Shown: one piece after another, positions 23,170 through 37,160 of the stretch
Layout of the letters: every line of letters begins with the position of its first letter
Numbering within the stretch: position 1 is the first letter of the stretch
Origin: Phoronis australis
Taxonomy: Eukaryota > Animalia > Phoronida
Assembly (NCBI GenBank): GCA_002633005.1
Contig: NMRA01000194.1
Span: forward strand, 1-64,000
DNA: 64,000 bases
Direction: 5' to 3'
Notes under the pieces: model-generated
What the model was told of the DNA's origin: nothing
The model's input: only the letters and a program-made list of their open reading frames with translations
Databases searched by the model: none
Program-made: the position numbers and the translations under genes

Positions 23170-24660
23170 TTCAGAAACCCAACCCACTCTTAGTCAAGTT
23201 ATTAGCAATTTGGCATATTTAATCGAGAATAATAAAAATATTGCAGGTGTAGTCAGAGGAAATAACTAAAGGAACAGTTCATTTCGCAATATAAGGGCGA
23301 CACATCAATTACTTTGAGTGTGTTGAATTGGTCGTTGAATAGTACATTGAATGCTGGTGTCTCTGGTCTCCAAGTGAATGTGGATAAAACAAAAGCCACG
23401 TGGTTAGGAAGCAAAACTCGTAGTGATGACATGATTACTACAGAAGAAAGTCTGTCTCGGACTAAAAAATGTTTTAGACTTTTGGAGGTGATTTCGATGC
23501 TGAATTGGATTATATGACTGATAGGAACTTCACTGCCAGGGTGACTGAGATTAAGTCCTTATTTAAAAATGGTAGTCAACGAAACCTTAGCTATTTCGAA
23601 ACCTAATTTTTTGTTGTCAAGATTACCAAATCCACCAGTAGAGGTTTCGGATGAATTGAATACGATATTCTTTAGATTTGTATGCGCGTAATAGTAAAAT
23701 TAAAACGAACTATGGCTTGTTTAAGACTAACAAGAGGGACTTCAAAAGATTAATATACATACTTTCAGCAAAGTTTTAAAACTCGCCATGGCCCGTAGAT
23801 ATCTTGAAAGCCCCGCGTCTACAAGTGGTCAGTTACTAACTCACTTTACCCGTTTTTAAAGAATTTTACTTCAATTGAAGAATACTTTAGTAAGTCGAAA
23901 TTCGCTCTTATAGATAATTCCTAAAGGCACGACGTATTTGAGAGGATGACCCCTTTTTATCAGAAAATAATCGTTGCCAGTAAAGAAGACTTTTTGAACC
24001 ATTTTCTTGTCTTTGTGGTTTAATAATAACTAATGTGCTTTTTTACAAGTATTGGTTTGTATCAGAGATATGTGTACCTCTGATGGTAATTTCGTTAGTT
24101 TAAAACATATGATAAACGGGTTCTATGTAACAAACCAACTTTCTACCATATAATGGTGTCGTTTCTGCTCTAAAAAGATTTTTAAAAAGTTGATTTCAAA
24201 GTAAATATAAAAGGGTTAATATCTATTCTTCTTGCATGCCTTTAACAATTACTTACTGACGGAAGGATGCAAATGGTTGCAGACATATTTCTTCTATATG
24301 TAACTACATTAAGAAACCTTCTAAGTCAGAATGTAAATGGGACATAGAGCATTGCCTTATGAAATTACAAAGGATTCCAAAATAATATGGTTCCAATTTA
24401 GAATATTACACAGGATTATTGCGACATTATATTTTTAGTCAAAATCCAAGTTCTGAATTTTATGTTGCGGTCACACCTTTTCTGGGAATGTCGCTCTGTA
24501 GAAGATTCAACACTGTTACATTCAGCTTCAGTGTTGTATTTGTACATCATGAGACACAAAATTTTCTATTTAACGTTTTTGCTATTACTAGCAAAATAGT
24601 ACATTTAGAAGGAGAGTTGTCACAAAAACATACCTAATATTCAAAAGTTCTTACATACTA
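23170..24660 (+). mobile_element. Highly decayed L1/Tx1-type ORF2 (RT to C-terminus); boundaries approximate
   Basis: Residual ISQYKGDT (from QYADDT), SGLQVNVDKTKATWLGSK and KIIWFQFRILHRI, in the same order as in 61968-64000. Confidence 0.75.
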
Positions 24661-25631
24661 ATGAGTACTAAAAGGCTGATAATTTTTTGCCTTATTGATA
24701 TGTGTCACATATTTGTATGATCAGTGTGTTGATAAGGAACAATTTGGTCTTCACTATATCTTATATTTGCTCAGCTGCACCGCATGCAACCCGCATCACG
24801 CGGCTCAATGAGTGTTTTCAATAACTGTTGAATGGATAGTGTGCAGTGTTATGTTAACGATCAGAGCGGTAAATTCACAGATAAAGTTTATCACATTGCT
24901 GTGCGTATAAGATCAATTTTATTCCACATCTAGATAAAAATGTTTCACTAATAATATCATCTGAGTCGTTTGATATATTATAGAGCTGCTCAAGACTTTT
25001 AATTTTGGTACATAATTCATCGATATTGCAATTTGTTTTGCACTGGAGCATAAATCATATGGGCTCAGATACCTAAAAGTTATACGCCGTATAGCAACAA
25101 TGACGTCGCATTATCACGCGTCACCCTGATATTGATGAACAATAAACCTGACGTCATGCAGCAATCAAACTTATTCAACAGATAATTTGAATTTTTTGCA
25201 ACCCAGCCGTGGACTGTTTGGTATAAAGGTACAACGTTGGCATTTTCACTTAGGAGCAAGTGTTTGACTTACATCGTATTGTATCCAATTTTAACAGTAT
25301 ACAAGATATTCTGTCTTTGATTTAGGAGCAGTTAATTAATGATCCTTTGTGTTTTTCTGTACTTGTTTCATTTTTCAAGGTTGGAGTGGGTTTTGTTTAT
25401 TCACTTACACTGTCACATGTCTTATTTAGTTTGTTTTAATGGTGCACACACCAATATGTATTGACAATGCTCTTCTTTAATCCGGCTCTTGTTACTAATG
25501 TTATTTTGTTTGCAGTTTGCCTAACGATTTGAGTCGAAAAAAGCAATGAAACACGGCGACGAACGATTAACGAATGGAGAATTCATGTGGCTTGCTTTGA
25601 TGTTGATGAGGCGAGGTTCCCTGTGCTGCAT

Positions 25632-25700
25632 CATGGGCGGCACACCATAGGGGGCTAGGGGCTATAGCCCCCCACTTACTTCAGTGCTGCGCCACCCATG
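25632..25700. mobile_element. 69-bp micro-MITE, 5-bp TSD TGCAT
   Basis: TGCAT|CATGGGCGGC...GCCACCCATG|TGCAT. Confidence 0.85.
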
Positions 25701-26372
25701 TGCATAATGCACTTTTCGTCATTTTGGTGTTCGAAAAACTAATTATTTTAAGCGATTCCTTTACAAAATGACCTCAGTTAGGTTTCCTTTTCACGAAGTC
25801 CTCTCCAGTCATAATCCGACCATGAATTAACTTGGTACATGGGAGTAACATGAGGTGGTTCTTTTTATGGTTGAAAACAGCCCACCCATAGTGGCAATCC
25901 TTTCGAAACATGTGTAAGTCTGGTCAACACGCCATCTTTGGCCACATCACGTGACCTAATGAATATAAGTCTGAAAAGATGTCTACCCCAACCGGGACTA
26001 GAGTCCCGGAACTTCTGCTAATTGTGCAGAAACTCTAGTCCACCGAGGTATTTCAATACTAGTTTTCATAAAATTATTACGATGCATAGTAGATTTCATT
26101 TTACGAGAGCAATTTCAGTCAGGTATGCACATTTTCTCCATGTGAATGGGCCTTTGGACTGCATGATGGTCTGGGTTAACGAAGTAAAAAAATAATTTTG
26201 TATAGAAGCAATAAACTATTGTGAACTTCGCAGTGGTTGAAGCGGATCTAAGTCCGTCTTCAGTCACAAAACATAGGTTAGACCATTTGCTGTAATGAAA
26301 TTGGTCACAATTTCTTTCTTAGCCAAGATAGGTGAGACTTCTAGACCTGGAAGGAACTTAGCCTGTCATTAC

Positions 26373-26448
26373 TGCTTGATACGAGGTTATACAAGATATT
26401 GTTTGGTACCAGGTTATACACGATATTGCTTGATATCAGGCTATACAC
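26373..26448 (+). repeat. 27-bp minisatellite, ~3 copies
   Basis: TGCTTGATACGAGGTTATACAAGATAT-like units at 26373, 26400 and 26427. Confidence 0.8.
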
Positions 26449-29075
26449 CGTTGACTTGGCCCGGCCAGTCATAATAATTTGTCGAGTACAGTCTCCAGGA
26501 ATAACGAACCGTCAGTTCTTTGCAAGACTTAGATGAAGTTGAGATCAATGTTATACAGGTAAGTGGTCCAAATCAAAGTATAGTTTCTTAGATCCAACGT
26601 ATGTCTATAGTCTTTTTAAGTATTATTTAACAGAAGTAACTTGAGGGGCACTCAACCCAGACAAGAGCTTTCACCCTGTCTAATATACTCGTTACGTTAC
26701 CCAGTTTTCGTGTCTACTTGTCTATGAAACATATTTCGAAGAGAGGTTTTATTTCTCTACATCTATTACATATTTTGTCTCTGTTTTGTACTGTATTTCT
26801 GTGCCATGTCTTTTATTTGTTATGATTCATATTTATTTTATACGTTGTTATAAATGGGCGTGGTCGGAGAACAGAAATTTTACTAACAGGTTAATCAATG
26901 TAAGTAAAGTTTAATAATAATAATAACTAAGGACCTGATCTCGTTCGATAGCTGGTTGGTTTTGTATATTGCTCTCGTCTTTCGGAATTAGTTGGAATTT
27001 ACTTTCATGCTTGATTCTAACGATCACCTTATATTTTTGAAACTCTGATAATGATTTCAGGGTCTGAGTAATTCAATGATTGATTTCCTCGCCGAGTCTT
27101 GAATTAGAAATAATCGATCGGTCTCGGTCAAATAGATGTGCAACGTACAAAGCTTCCTTTCCAAAATAGTCAGATCCTACTTGAAAACCGTATAGTAAAG
27201 CTGGCAATTAACTGCTAACCCATGGAGAGTTTTTCTCGGGGGGCGCACTGTAACTTTCACAACAGTGTCAGTCCTGTGTTTTTCTTCGATATCGTTCTTG
27301 CACACATCCAGTCCGTGAAAACAAAAACAAACAAAACACATTTAAAAACCGCGGAGTTTCATGAAATAGTTCCAGACATCTCTGTTAAAGTATTGTCGGA
27401 TATAAAATCTATATAATTCTGTTCTTCTTTGCGCATTTTAATAGTATTTCTTCGTTACCGATTATGTAATTTAAAGTAAGAAAGCTTCACTCAGGCTAGC
27501 ATTTTTTACGTCATGCAAGGAAAGCCAAATTTCGAAATCGCAATAGGAATCATCCGCATTGATCGCTCTCCCATACCCTGAGGTACAAATAGCGGCATAC
27601 CTCCAGATACGACAGGCAGGTCAGCAGCCTCGTTTTCGCTCACAAGGCGATTCACATGTTGGCGTCTGTCGTCCGAATACTGTACCTTATATTTTATATC
27701 ATATTTAAGTCATGCCGGGAAAGTATTAATGCTGTGGCGTGGGCTGCAATGCCGATTCAAGGAAGTGGTATAATTTGGAAAAAGATAAAGGCATGGATGT
27801 GGGATGTCACATTTCACTTGGACAAAAGACGGCGAAGCCCATCGTGCGCACCGCGCCATCGTTGTGCAGTCAATACAATCTTACCTCACGGCCGTGATGA
27901 GCCGCGGGAGAGCGGACTCGCTGGTTTCCTGCGTGCTTAGCCCAGCCAGCACACAGGTATCACGCAGTGGCACGCGTTTTAGCATTGGTCGATGTAACCT
28001 GGGCAGTCATTGGTTCGCTTTACAACACCGTGAAAATGGCGGACTGTGGACGATTTTTAGCCTTGTCATGCAAGTGGCGTCGCAGCAACTATTTTGTTTC
28101 TGCAGTGATGTTTAATAGCCGCGTGCTTGAAGCACATACATGTACAATAAACACATATCTGGCCGATTTAACCGGTGTGTTTTACATACTGTACATCACC
28201 AGAAATTCGTGAACTAGGCCATCCGCGAGGTGGCGATCGTCGTGTGAGTGTTTGCCAATCACAGTCTAGGTCAGAGGTCAGTTCCATTGTTTTGCGTTTA
28301 CACTCACGAAGGAGGTGATCGACAAGAATTGAAATTAACTTAAAAGTTTGGTGGAATCTGATATTGATATCACAGAATATAAACTACCAAAGCACGTCGA
28401 GACTGTGAGCGAGGAATTTCGGCAAGTTGAACGTGTCATGGCTTGAGTATAAACATGCCAGGCATAGATGGTGTAGCACAGCTCAGCTGATTCAGGGACT
28501 GACCAACCGAGTTGTTGCTGCACACAATTACTTAATATGATTTACTGTCGATTTATTATTAACTATTTTATAGTTGCAATGGTTTGTGAAATGTATTTTA
28601 ATATAGCCTGATTACTTTCCCACTCAACGAATTCATTTCTGCACGTATGTACTATTAAACTTGCAACACAAGCACAGCTGTCTGACCTCAGTCCTCAGGC
28701 TTAAAATATAAGTACAGTGTCTTTAGGTCAGCATTATGGCATTGTGCTGCAAAACAAATTAATTTCCATTCAGACTAACAAAATGCTGATGTGGTTGATT
28801 TATTCTATAAATCTGGAGATTTTGCTGCTGATACGTTGCTTTTATTTTTAGGTTGGCTGGACCTTTTGCTTACATAATTCGCCAGAGAGATTGCAGTTGG
28901 GAGCCAGAGTGCCTTTAACACCAGACTTTGCCTCTCTGTACACCAAACTATTGCTCCCTCTCAAAATCAAGAGGGGGTCAAAAAGAGCACTTTTTGCAGT
29001 ATTGTAGTGACCATTGGTAGATGATTCCAATCTTAGTTAGGATAAAGTTGGGATTATCCCAACACTCATTGCATG

Positions 29076-29298
29076 CAGGGCTCGACATAATTAAGTGTGT
29101 ACATGCGAGAAAATACGTTTTAAAAAGTTAAGTATTAATGGGAAATTGACCTCACCAGTACAATCTAACAGGTACGGAGCGAACGTTCAGCATTTTTTTA
29201 GGTCGTCACTTTTTGCGAGTCCAAATCCGGGAACACGAGTGCAGAATTTGCGGTCACTCGTATTTTCGAGCAGGCATTTTCGTCTGTGTCGAGGGCTG
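29076..29298. mobile_element. 223-bp hAT-like MITE, 5-bp TSD GCATG
   Basis: GCATG|CAGGGCTCGACA...TGTCGAGGGCTG|GCATG. Confidence 0.8.
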
Positions 29299-30001
29299 GC
29301 ATGAATATGTTTGTTTTATTTTTTATTTTTGAAGTGCATCAGATGTCATCTATGACACCGTGCAAAAGTTAGAGTTGTATGGAAGTAGTGCTGATATATT
29401 TTACACTAGATTTTATTTTTTTACTTGATCTCTTATGATTATTTTCACATGTGTTGAAATTCAGTTATTCCTCGTGGTAGAAATTTTTAACATTTGCATT
29501 TTTTGTATTCATTGATGATGTTCATTTCTTGCTAAGTTATGTTGCTGTTTTCACAACAATCTCTTATTGCATGCAAACATGTCATATGAACTGGCTAAAT
29601 CTTCCAATCTTACTATTTAAATCTGAACACTGCTATTTAAAGCAGCATTGGTAGCATTTTGTATGTTTAACGTTATAAAAAATAAAGTTTTGAACAAAAA
29701 TTACTCACTTGTTTTTTTTCTAGCTATTATATGAACTCCTGTTTCTGTTGCTGGACAGTCCATTCCATATTATTTACTTGTACATTTACCGGCGCAATCT
29801 GTTTTGAAACCAAACTTTCCACTGCATAAGTGGATTTAGGCTTCCCTTTCGCACACGATAAAAATGGCATTGACATGTCGTTTTTAGTTCCTGAAATCCT
29901 TAGCCATTTCTGATACCTATTACTAATTCAGGAATGATAAAATTTTGTTCTATATTATTTATCTGTACACTCACCAGCACAGTCTGTTTTGAAACCAAAC
30001 G

Positions 30002-30084
30002 CAGGGGCGGATCCAGGTTTTTTTAAAAGGGGCCCAAGTCAACAATTCGAAAATTCTAGATTTGACCCCCTGGATCCGCCTATC
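30002..30084. mobile_element. 83-bp hAT-like MITE, imperfect 5-bp TSD
   Basis: AAACG|CAGGGGCGGATCCAGG...CCTGGATCCGCCTATC|AAACC. Confidence 0.7.
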
Positions 30085-32691
30085 AAACCGTGACAATACG
30101 CTGCATAGATGGATATAGAGGAGTCCGAGGGGTCCCAGGGCTCCCTCATTCTGCACACGATAAAAAATAGCGCCGACCTTTCGTTTTCAGGGATCTCACG
30201 AGGGTTTGTCCTACAAAAATTGACGTCACGCCCCTCGCAAGGCTATCATGAAGGTTTATCCTTCGGAAATTGAGGTCGGGGCCCCCATCATCTTAATTCC
30301 ATGGATCCGTCTATGGGTATGAGTTCTTTTTTTAATAAATGTGATACCTTCAACACAGCATAAATTAAAAACAGCAATATAATGTTAAAAAGAACTAGTA
30401 CAACCTTAACCTAGCTGCGTCTCATGAAGTGCTCTATGTGCAATAATTTCAGAATTCATTTTTTTAGCAAAATACATGACCGACTACTTCTTGTTGCACT
30501 ACTGGGAATTAACATAATCATTCCGGGCTAGATCTTCCTCATTAGAGCTTGCAAATCGTACTACAGACCACGAAACTTTAAGTGACTGCTTTTTACATTT
30601 CTTGCCACGAACCCGTTTTCAACACCCTGTTGGACACCGTTTTTTTTCAGAAAATTCGTTCGAAAACAGCATTTGTGATATCTAGGTCACACTGTTCGTG
30701 ACCTCCGCTATCAGCAAACAAGGGAACTGAATTATGCTCTCCACAGATTTGATTTGAAAACGGGTTTGGGCTCAAATATTGCCTTCCGGACGATTGGCTG
30801 TGACCATCAACATGGGCAAACTTCAAACTTCAATGGACACCGAAAAATCTTCACCAATCTTTCCAATATATATTCAGCATACTGAATCCTTAGATCTATG
30901 TTTGTCTCGCTAGCTATCGGCAAATTGCAGAGTTGTCTCCCCTAAATCAAAATTCCTCGGAAAACCCCTTGTGTGTATTTCTGTGGGGGAATAGTTAGCT
31001 GCTGGATGCGCATGCGCACTGCCTATGTCAGATATTTCTGGCGTTGCCGGCTGTTGCAAAAAAAATTTCCGAGGAAAATTAAGTGATACCTGCGTGCTGG
31101 CGCCCCACCTAGCGGCACGAAGGGAACCAGCGAGGAGTGCGGAGTACGGGAATTGACATATCGCCAGGAATTTGAGTGACGGCTTAACTGGCCAATCAGA
31201 ACGCAGTATTCTTGACACACATTCGTTTGAAAGCAGCCATTTTACCAGACAAACAACAGGTTGCCGGGTAAAACTTATTTTTTGTTTGTGGACAATTCGC
31301 AAGGGAGTGGAACTTGCGATAGATCAATTGCGACATCGCAATTTCGACATAAGTGAACATGGGTCACACAATTTGAATAGTGTTTTCTTCACAGTAGAAT
31401 GACGTTATACTCAGACAGACCGTACAACACGACTCACGCACTACTGAATACGATTTGCGGACCTTTAAACCCAGCTCACTGACTCACAAACATTTCCCGC
31501 AGTCTGACAAAACACGTCACGTCTCCCTGACTTTCATAACTTTTATTGGACAAAAAGGCTAGCAGTTTCGCTAGCTAAAATGCTATCGAAAACGTTGGCG
31601 TTTTAGCTAGACAGGAACTGCGAAGGGTCATTTTCAACAGCCGTTAGCTTGTTTCCTCACCACCCTATTTGCTTTTGAATTAACACCTCCTCTCTCCGCC
31701 TAATCTGATAAATGTGACGACCAACAAAGGTACGTTGCCCCTGTGCATGTGTACACTTTGAAATAAGCGATCTGGGTACTGAAGAAAGTGCTATAAGAAA
31801 CGCAAGCAATTTGGAGTGAATCACGCGGCCAGCAAGAAGTGACACTTGTAACCCTTCACATGGCTGGCATTTTTGCTACTGGCGAAAATGCTGTCGAAAA
31901 CTTTGGCGATTTAGCTAGTTTGTGAAGGCCTGCGTATGCCTCAGGTGATAATCCACGAGTCAGCGAACTGAGTTTGCAGGTCTATTTACCCCGTTACTTC
32001 ACTGATGAGCGCGGAGCTAGATTCGTGAGTGCGTGATGTGCCGTGCTGTTACGGAGTTCTTGGCTGCTATCGGTGGCCTCATCTGCGCAATGGGTTGTGA
32101 GAAATTGTTCTCTAGCAGCAAATAAATGACTTGGGCAATGAGTTACGAGAAGAAATATTATCGCGGAAATATTTTTCTGTCGCATTATGAAACAGGAATT
32201 CAAAAGACGTGCACAGAATGCGTCTGATTCACTGGGCACTTGAATTTAAATTATCATCAAGATGAACTTTTCGTGCCTTCACAAGATATCAAGTCATTTG
32301 TAATTAGCTGGCCGGTCCGCTATGCGTTGACTGAATGATTATTTTGTAAGCAAAAAGTATAATCAAGTAGAAATTGTGATGCAACTACTAGGTAAAAGAA
32401 GAACGAAAGAGGACATTAATTCTGGATTCTTTCGTAGAATTTTACCATGGAGAAACTCGCACCATATCAAAATCAGTACATATCACAGGACCATAGAAAG
32501 TTACTAATTCGAAACACAAATTCATCCTCAAACTCGGGCCCTGGCATTACTTGTGTATGATGTATGGCTGACTTTCGAAATAGCCGCGCCATATTGAAAC
32601 GGCGATCAGATCTTTGGTGGACAGGCTTTCAGCGCTACCTAAAGATCCCTTGTAATCATGCAGACATGAGCTTTCAACCTACTAGCATAAA

Positions 32692-32759
32692 CATGGGCGG
32701 CAACATTGAAATAAGCGGGGGGGCTGTAGCCCTCAGTCCCCTACGGTGCGCTGCCCATG
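32692..32759. mobile_element. 68-bp micro-MITE, 5-bp TSD ATAAA
   Basis: ATAAA|CATGGGCGGC...GCTGCCCATG|ATAAA. Confidence 0.85.
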
Positions 32760-33277
32760 ATAAACAGCGTTTTAACACCTTTCCTGCAATTGTAATACCG
32801 GCTAATTTCCAATGCTGTGCGGTGGGTGTACCAATGATTTATGAAAAAGGCAAACCTTTTGGAATATCAATTGATGAGCAAGCCAGGACGCCCTGTTATA
32901 AACATTTCTCACTGAGGAGACAAAAGAGTGGCTGCAGCTGATAAAGCGGGAATTTTTCGATCCAAGAAGGTGTCAAAAGTTAAAATAAATTAGTGAACTT
33001 TAATAAATCGTACAATGGGAGGGTTGGCAGTAGAATTTATTCCTTGGCTTTTATATTCATCATGAACTTTTATTTAGTAATTGATATTCTGTCCACCAAA
33101 TCTGGGTCGGGATCAATCGAAAGTCACTTCCTCGCTGCCATTACTCTAGACAGCGCCAATATGAAAAGTTCCATATTGCAGGAGGTAAGTAAATGCTTAA
33201 CAAATTTGTGCTGTTTAACATCAGAGTTAGGAACATAAGGGTACGAACAACAACACTGCTTGAACAAACATGCTATA

Positions 33278-34115
33278 CAGTGGCGGATCTAGGATATCAC
33301 AAGGGGTGCCCAACATTTTGTCTGTAAGCATTTGCGCAAAGCACGATTGTAGATGCGCATAGCACTCCCACCCAGGAAATTTTTCTGTTTTCTCCTCTAA
33401 AAATCAAGCGATTTTCTTGATTCCTTAAGTATTATCCAAGAAAAAAGTACAAAAAAAAACACGGAGAACGTGTCCAACAGGAGTATCTCCATTTCCACAG
33501 ACTCGAACCCCCGACCTGTCGGATTGAACGCACGTTCTTTACCACTACACCACCACGATATAACTCTTCATAGATATAAAGAGACCTACTTGTTTATGGT
33601 CCACAGCGTTTGCGCGCGAAACCTTCTTTTTGTAATGCTTATTACACCTTTTAAATTTTGTGCAATCGGTTCGTAACAATTATGTTGTATTTAAATTGCC
33701 CAAAACACCAAATCCGTTTTTTGTGTTGGCAATAACGACGCGATTGCTTTGGAAATCGTCTTAAGTTAAGGTTTGACAATGAGAGAATAATGAGTTTCTG
33801 AGTGATTCACTAAGGCTTCGATTAAAATTCACATCTTACCAGCAGCTTCTGTTTTTTCATCGTCACTCAGCTTCCATTTTCTTTTAAAAAATGAAGTAAT
33901 TTTCTTCATTGCACAGTGGAGCACACGACGGAAATGGAGTTGTAGTGTGCGGCGCCACTGCCTGTCGCCTGGGATATCGCGGGAGAGCCTATACTTAGCC
34001 ATAGTTCTNTAATTAATAAACTCAACATTTCCTGCGCTCTTGCTGTTTTATTTTTTGCGGCAGCCAAGGGGGGGGGTGCCCGGGCCCCCTGGGCCCACCT
34101 CTAAATCCGCCTGTG
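33278..34115. mobile_element. hAT-like element, inverted copy of 11368-12349, 5-bp TSD CTATA
   Basis: CTATA|CAGTGGCGGATCTAGG...AAATCCGCCTGTG|CTATA; shorter than copy 1 around the N at ~34009. Confidence 0.85.
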
Positions 34116-36762
34116 CTATACTATATAAGAATGTTTAAGTATGGTTGAATTCCAATTTACTTATAACTGCATTTCTGTTCAGATGTAACCAAGAATGTAG
34201 GAGAAAACGATAAATTTAGATATCTAAATGCAGGTATTCATTTTGCTTCAGTTCTACAGGGCACTATCGACATGGAAATAAACTGTCGCTTAGCAATAAT
34301 GTCAAAATTGGTTGTCAATCAGTCCTAGGTTTCGTTTTGAAAGTGACTAATAGCAAGTAGTATGATACAACTGGAATATCTAGGGCTTCGAACAGAAATA
34401 TTTTCCAGAATACAAAAAGTGATTGTCCAAATGACAACGTTTTCTGAATACATCAAATGATGCGATGTAAATCTGCGTCTTACAACGTAAGCTACATTTT
34501 GGTTTTGCGATATTGAAAGTTAAGTTAAAAACGGTAAAAAGGATCGTGGTTGTCCCGATATTATCGAAACTGCAGACACGTAGGAAATTTAGAGCCTCCG
34601 CTAATGCCCCATCCCCAACAATTCCCTGCGTCACAGGTTTCGGCGACCGACTGGAGAGTCAAAAATGGACGACAAGGAAATTGTGGACATTTTACGATAA
34701 CGGAGAGTGAAGGCCCTGGCTTCTGAGGGGTGATTTTGTGAAATTTGTGAATACCAGGTTAAGGGCGTAATAAGATGGCGCTGGGCGGAGTGAGGTAGAG
34801 TTCAACCGTTACCTGTCCCTCCAGTGTTCACGTACCTAAAGACCTGTAACAACCTTCCATTGTTTGAATACTTAAACCAAAATAAAAATGATACACATAC
34901 TTACATAACATGGGTAATGTTTAATATTTTATGTTTGACAGCTTTTTAGACAACATTCATGTCTACTTACCGTGAACAAACGAGTAAAATGTATTGTACA
35001 GGTCAAGCGTAGGCAGTTACGCAGGTACAGTTGGATTTCGTTGGACCGGTTTCGTTCCACTCAGGAAGGCAAGCTACTTGTGCTGATTGTTATTTGTTTC
35101 CTCGTCCGATTTGTGACCAATCAGGGTATCGCTGGTTTGTTGTTTGTTTATCGGGAAAGCGCGTTCCCATAAATAATAAGGATGTGGGGGGCGCTTTAGT
35201 GAACAAATTATAAAGATGAACCCAAACTAGTAAGAAGGTCATTCGTTCAGTTAGTCTGTAACTAAGTACAATGTAAGCTTCCCCGCAACGGACACATCCA
35301 ATAAATAGAAAATATAAACACCAATGGCGTGCTGTGTTGTTTCATTCCAAAGTTGTGTTTGGGCCTTATACTTGAGGCCTCCTAGATACGCCAAAAGCTT
35401 CATACCATCATAAAACATATTTAGCCTTTTAAACAAGTGTGGTCAAGTTTTTTAATGACATGGTAGACAGTGGCTGGTTTAAAACATATGTTATTACGAT
35501 ATTCTTGCTTCAAAGACAACGTTTATGTAATTGTTATGTAAGATGTGTGTCAAACCGGAACATAATTCAAATGACTTAATTGTACCTACCATAGGTTGAA
35601 CAAATGAGTTAATACCGGCCCCAATGCTTAACCTAAATTTTAATCAATACTGGAGCTTTTTCGGAAATAGCCATTATAACCGTGACGAAGTGACTTTGGA
35701 TCCAGATCAGAGCACTTCAGCCCTTTCTGTTGGGATGGAGTGACAATCGCATAAACAAAAGTTGTGCTGCGTGGAACATTTACGTTTTAACTGTTATCAT
35801 TACACCGAGTTCTGTGTAAATTCTACTTCATTTTTGGGAAAGAGAAATGGGGGATGCCGCTGTAAAACTGATTTCCATTCTGAAGATATCTGAGTTCCAG
35901 GCTATTGATGAAGATGTAAGTCAGCAGATAGTCTTTTTGTCTCCGCGAGGAATGCGGGATTTAGTTAACATGAACAATTTAGCTTCGGGAAGTTGTCTAA
36001 TTCATACTTGGTTGCATTTTCCGTGTGCAAGTACTTAACTGTCATTTTAAAAGCCAGAGATCATTGGGAAGTGCGATGGTAATCCTAGATGTTCTCATAT
36101 GTCCTTCAAAGTAATGCTACACACTCCATAACGTATAAACTTCAGCAGATGAATTTTGAAAACAAACGTTTTACTAACAAATTGTCTTTTCTGCATTCAG
36201 AATCCTCTTGCATGGTTGTCTACCATGCCACTCGTGGAATCCAAGGCGAGGCTCCATGTTACCGGTCCAAAAAATCTTCCAATGACGAGGAGAAATATTA
36301 TTGCCAGGCAATACTTGTTTAACATTTACAATACGATTATCAGCGCACTTGGTTAAGCAATGAACTGCATTTTAATACACTATATCGCCTACGTGATTCG
36401 TATTATCCTCACCGATTTGTGTGGTGAAAGGTTTCTCCGAAAGGTCCGGGAAACGGTATAACAAAAATAATTTCAGGTCAACCACAAAGAAATGTGATGC
36501 TTCTTATTACAAAAATACAATGCGCGTATATGCTGCACTCAGTCGAAACGAAGGGATTTTATATTGTGCTCGTTCAGGTCATTTCCTCATTCTCTACTGG
36601 TCTCGTCATCATCACCTCTCAATAATCCCTGTGTAGCCTGCGTTCAGCCTGTAATTTACTCGCCATTTGATACGTTTTCAATAGACACAATCTGGCTGAA
36701 TCGTCTTCTAACTCGTGTCCAATTAATATTAAAATTGGGCAGGTGGGAGTAATGCTACCCAT

Positions 36763-36834
36763 CATGGGCGGCGTAGCACTGAAAAAGTGGGCGGCTATAC
36801 CCCCCCTCCAGCCCCCTATGGCGCGCCGCCCATG
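36763..36834. mobile_element. 72-bp micro-MITE (CATGGGCGGC family)
   Basis: CCCAT|CATGGGCGGCG...CGCCGCCCATG|CCTAT. Confidence 0.8.
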
Positions 36835-37160
36835 CCTATAGCTCAGTAAGAGCGTGAGAAACTTGCGTAGATTGTCACTGTGATTGTAAAACCTAGAGTG
36901 ACAAAAGTGATTGTCCGGTATTTTGTAGTCCGAGATAAAACACATTTTAACCTTGTAATCTGTATTTTTGTTTCTTATACTCACGTAATTAATTTAGGTG
37001 GTTCTACTGAACTCGGAACACCGGAAGACTTCGGGCCATTTGTTAGAGAGGAAAATATAAAAACTCTACGGATATTTTATACATTCCACATCGGACTAAG
37101 GATATTGTAGGAACCGGTAAGAGGAAAATAACAACCCGACAAACCCTTACTGGTTCATAT

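Noticed and set aside
25975-26050. tRNA gene on the minus strand (also 12042-12100 and 33495-33556)
   Set aside because: Only decayed A/B-box-like traces with no convincing cloverleaf; treated as SINE/TE-derived.
27650-28220. CpG-rich patch with AAAATGGCGG start (MADCGRF...) as a shared bidirectional promoter or gene start
   Set aside because: No sustained frame or matching exons; equally consistent with a transposon remnant.
9965-34115. Inverted TE pairs as the cause of the inverted dispanin duplication
   Set aside because: The TE copies align closely, whereas the paralogues' introns and first exons do not, so the duplication is much older.
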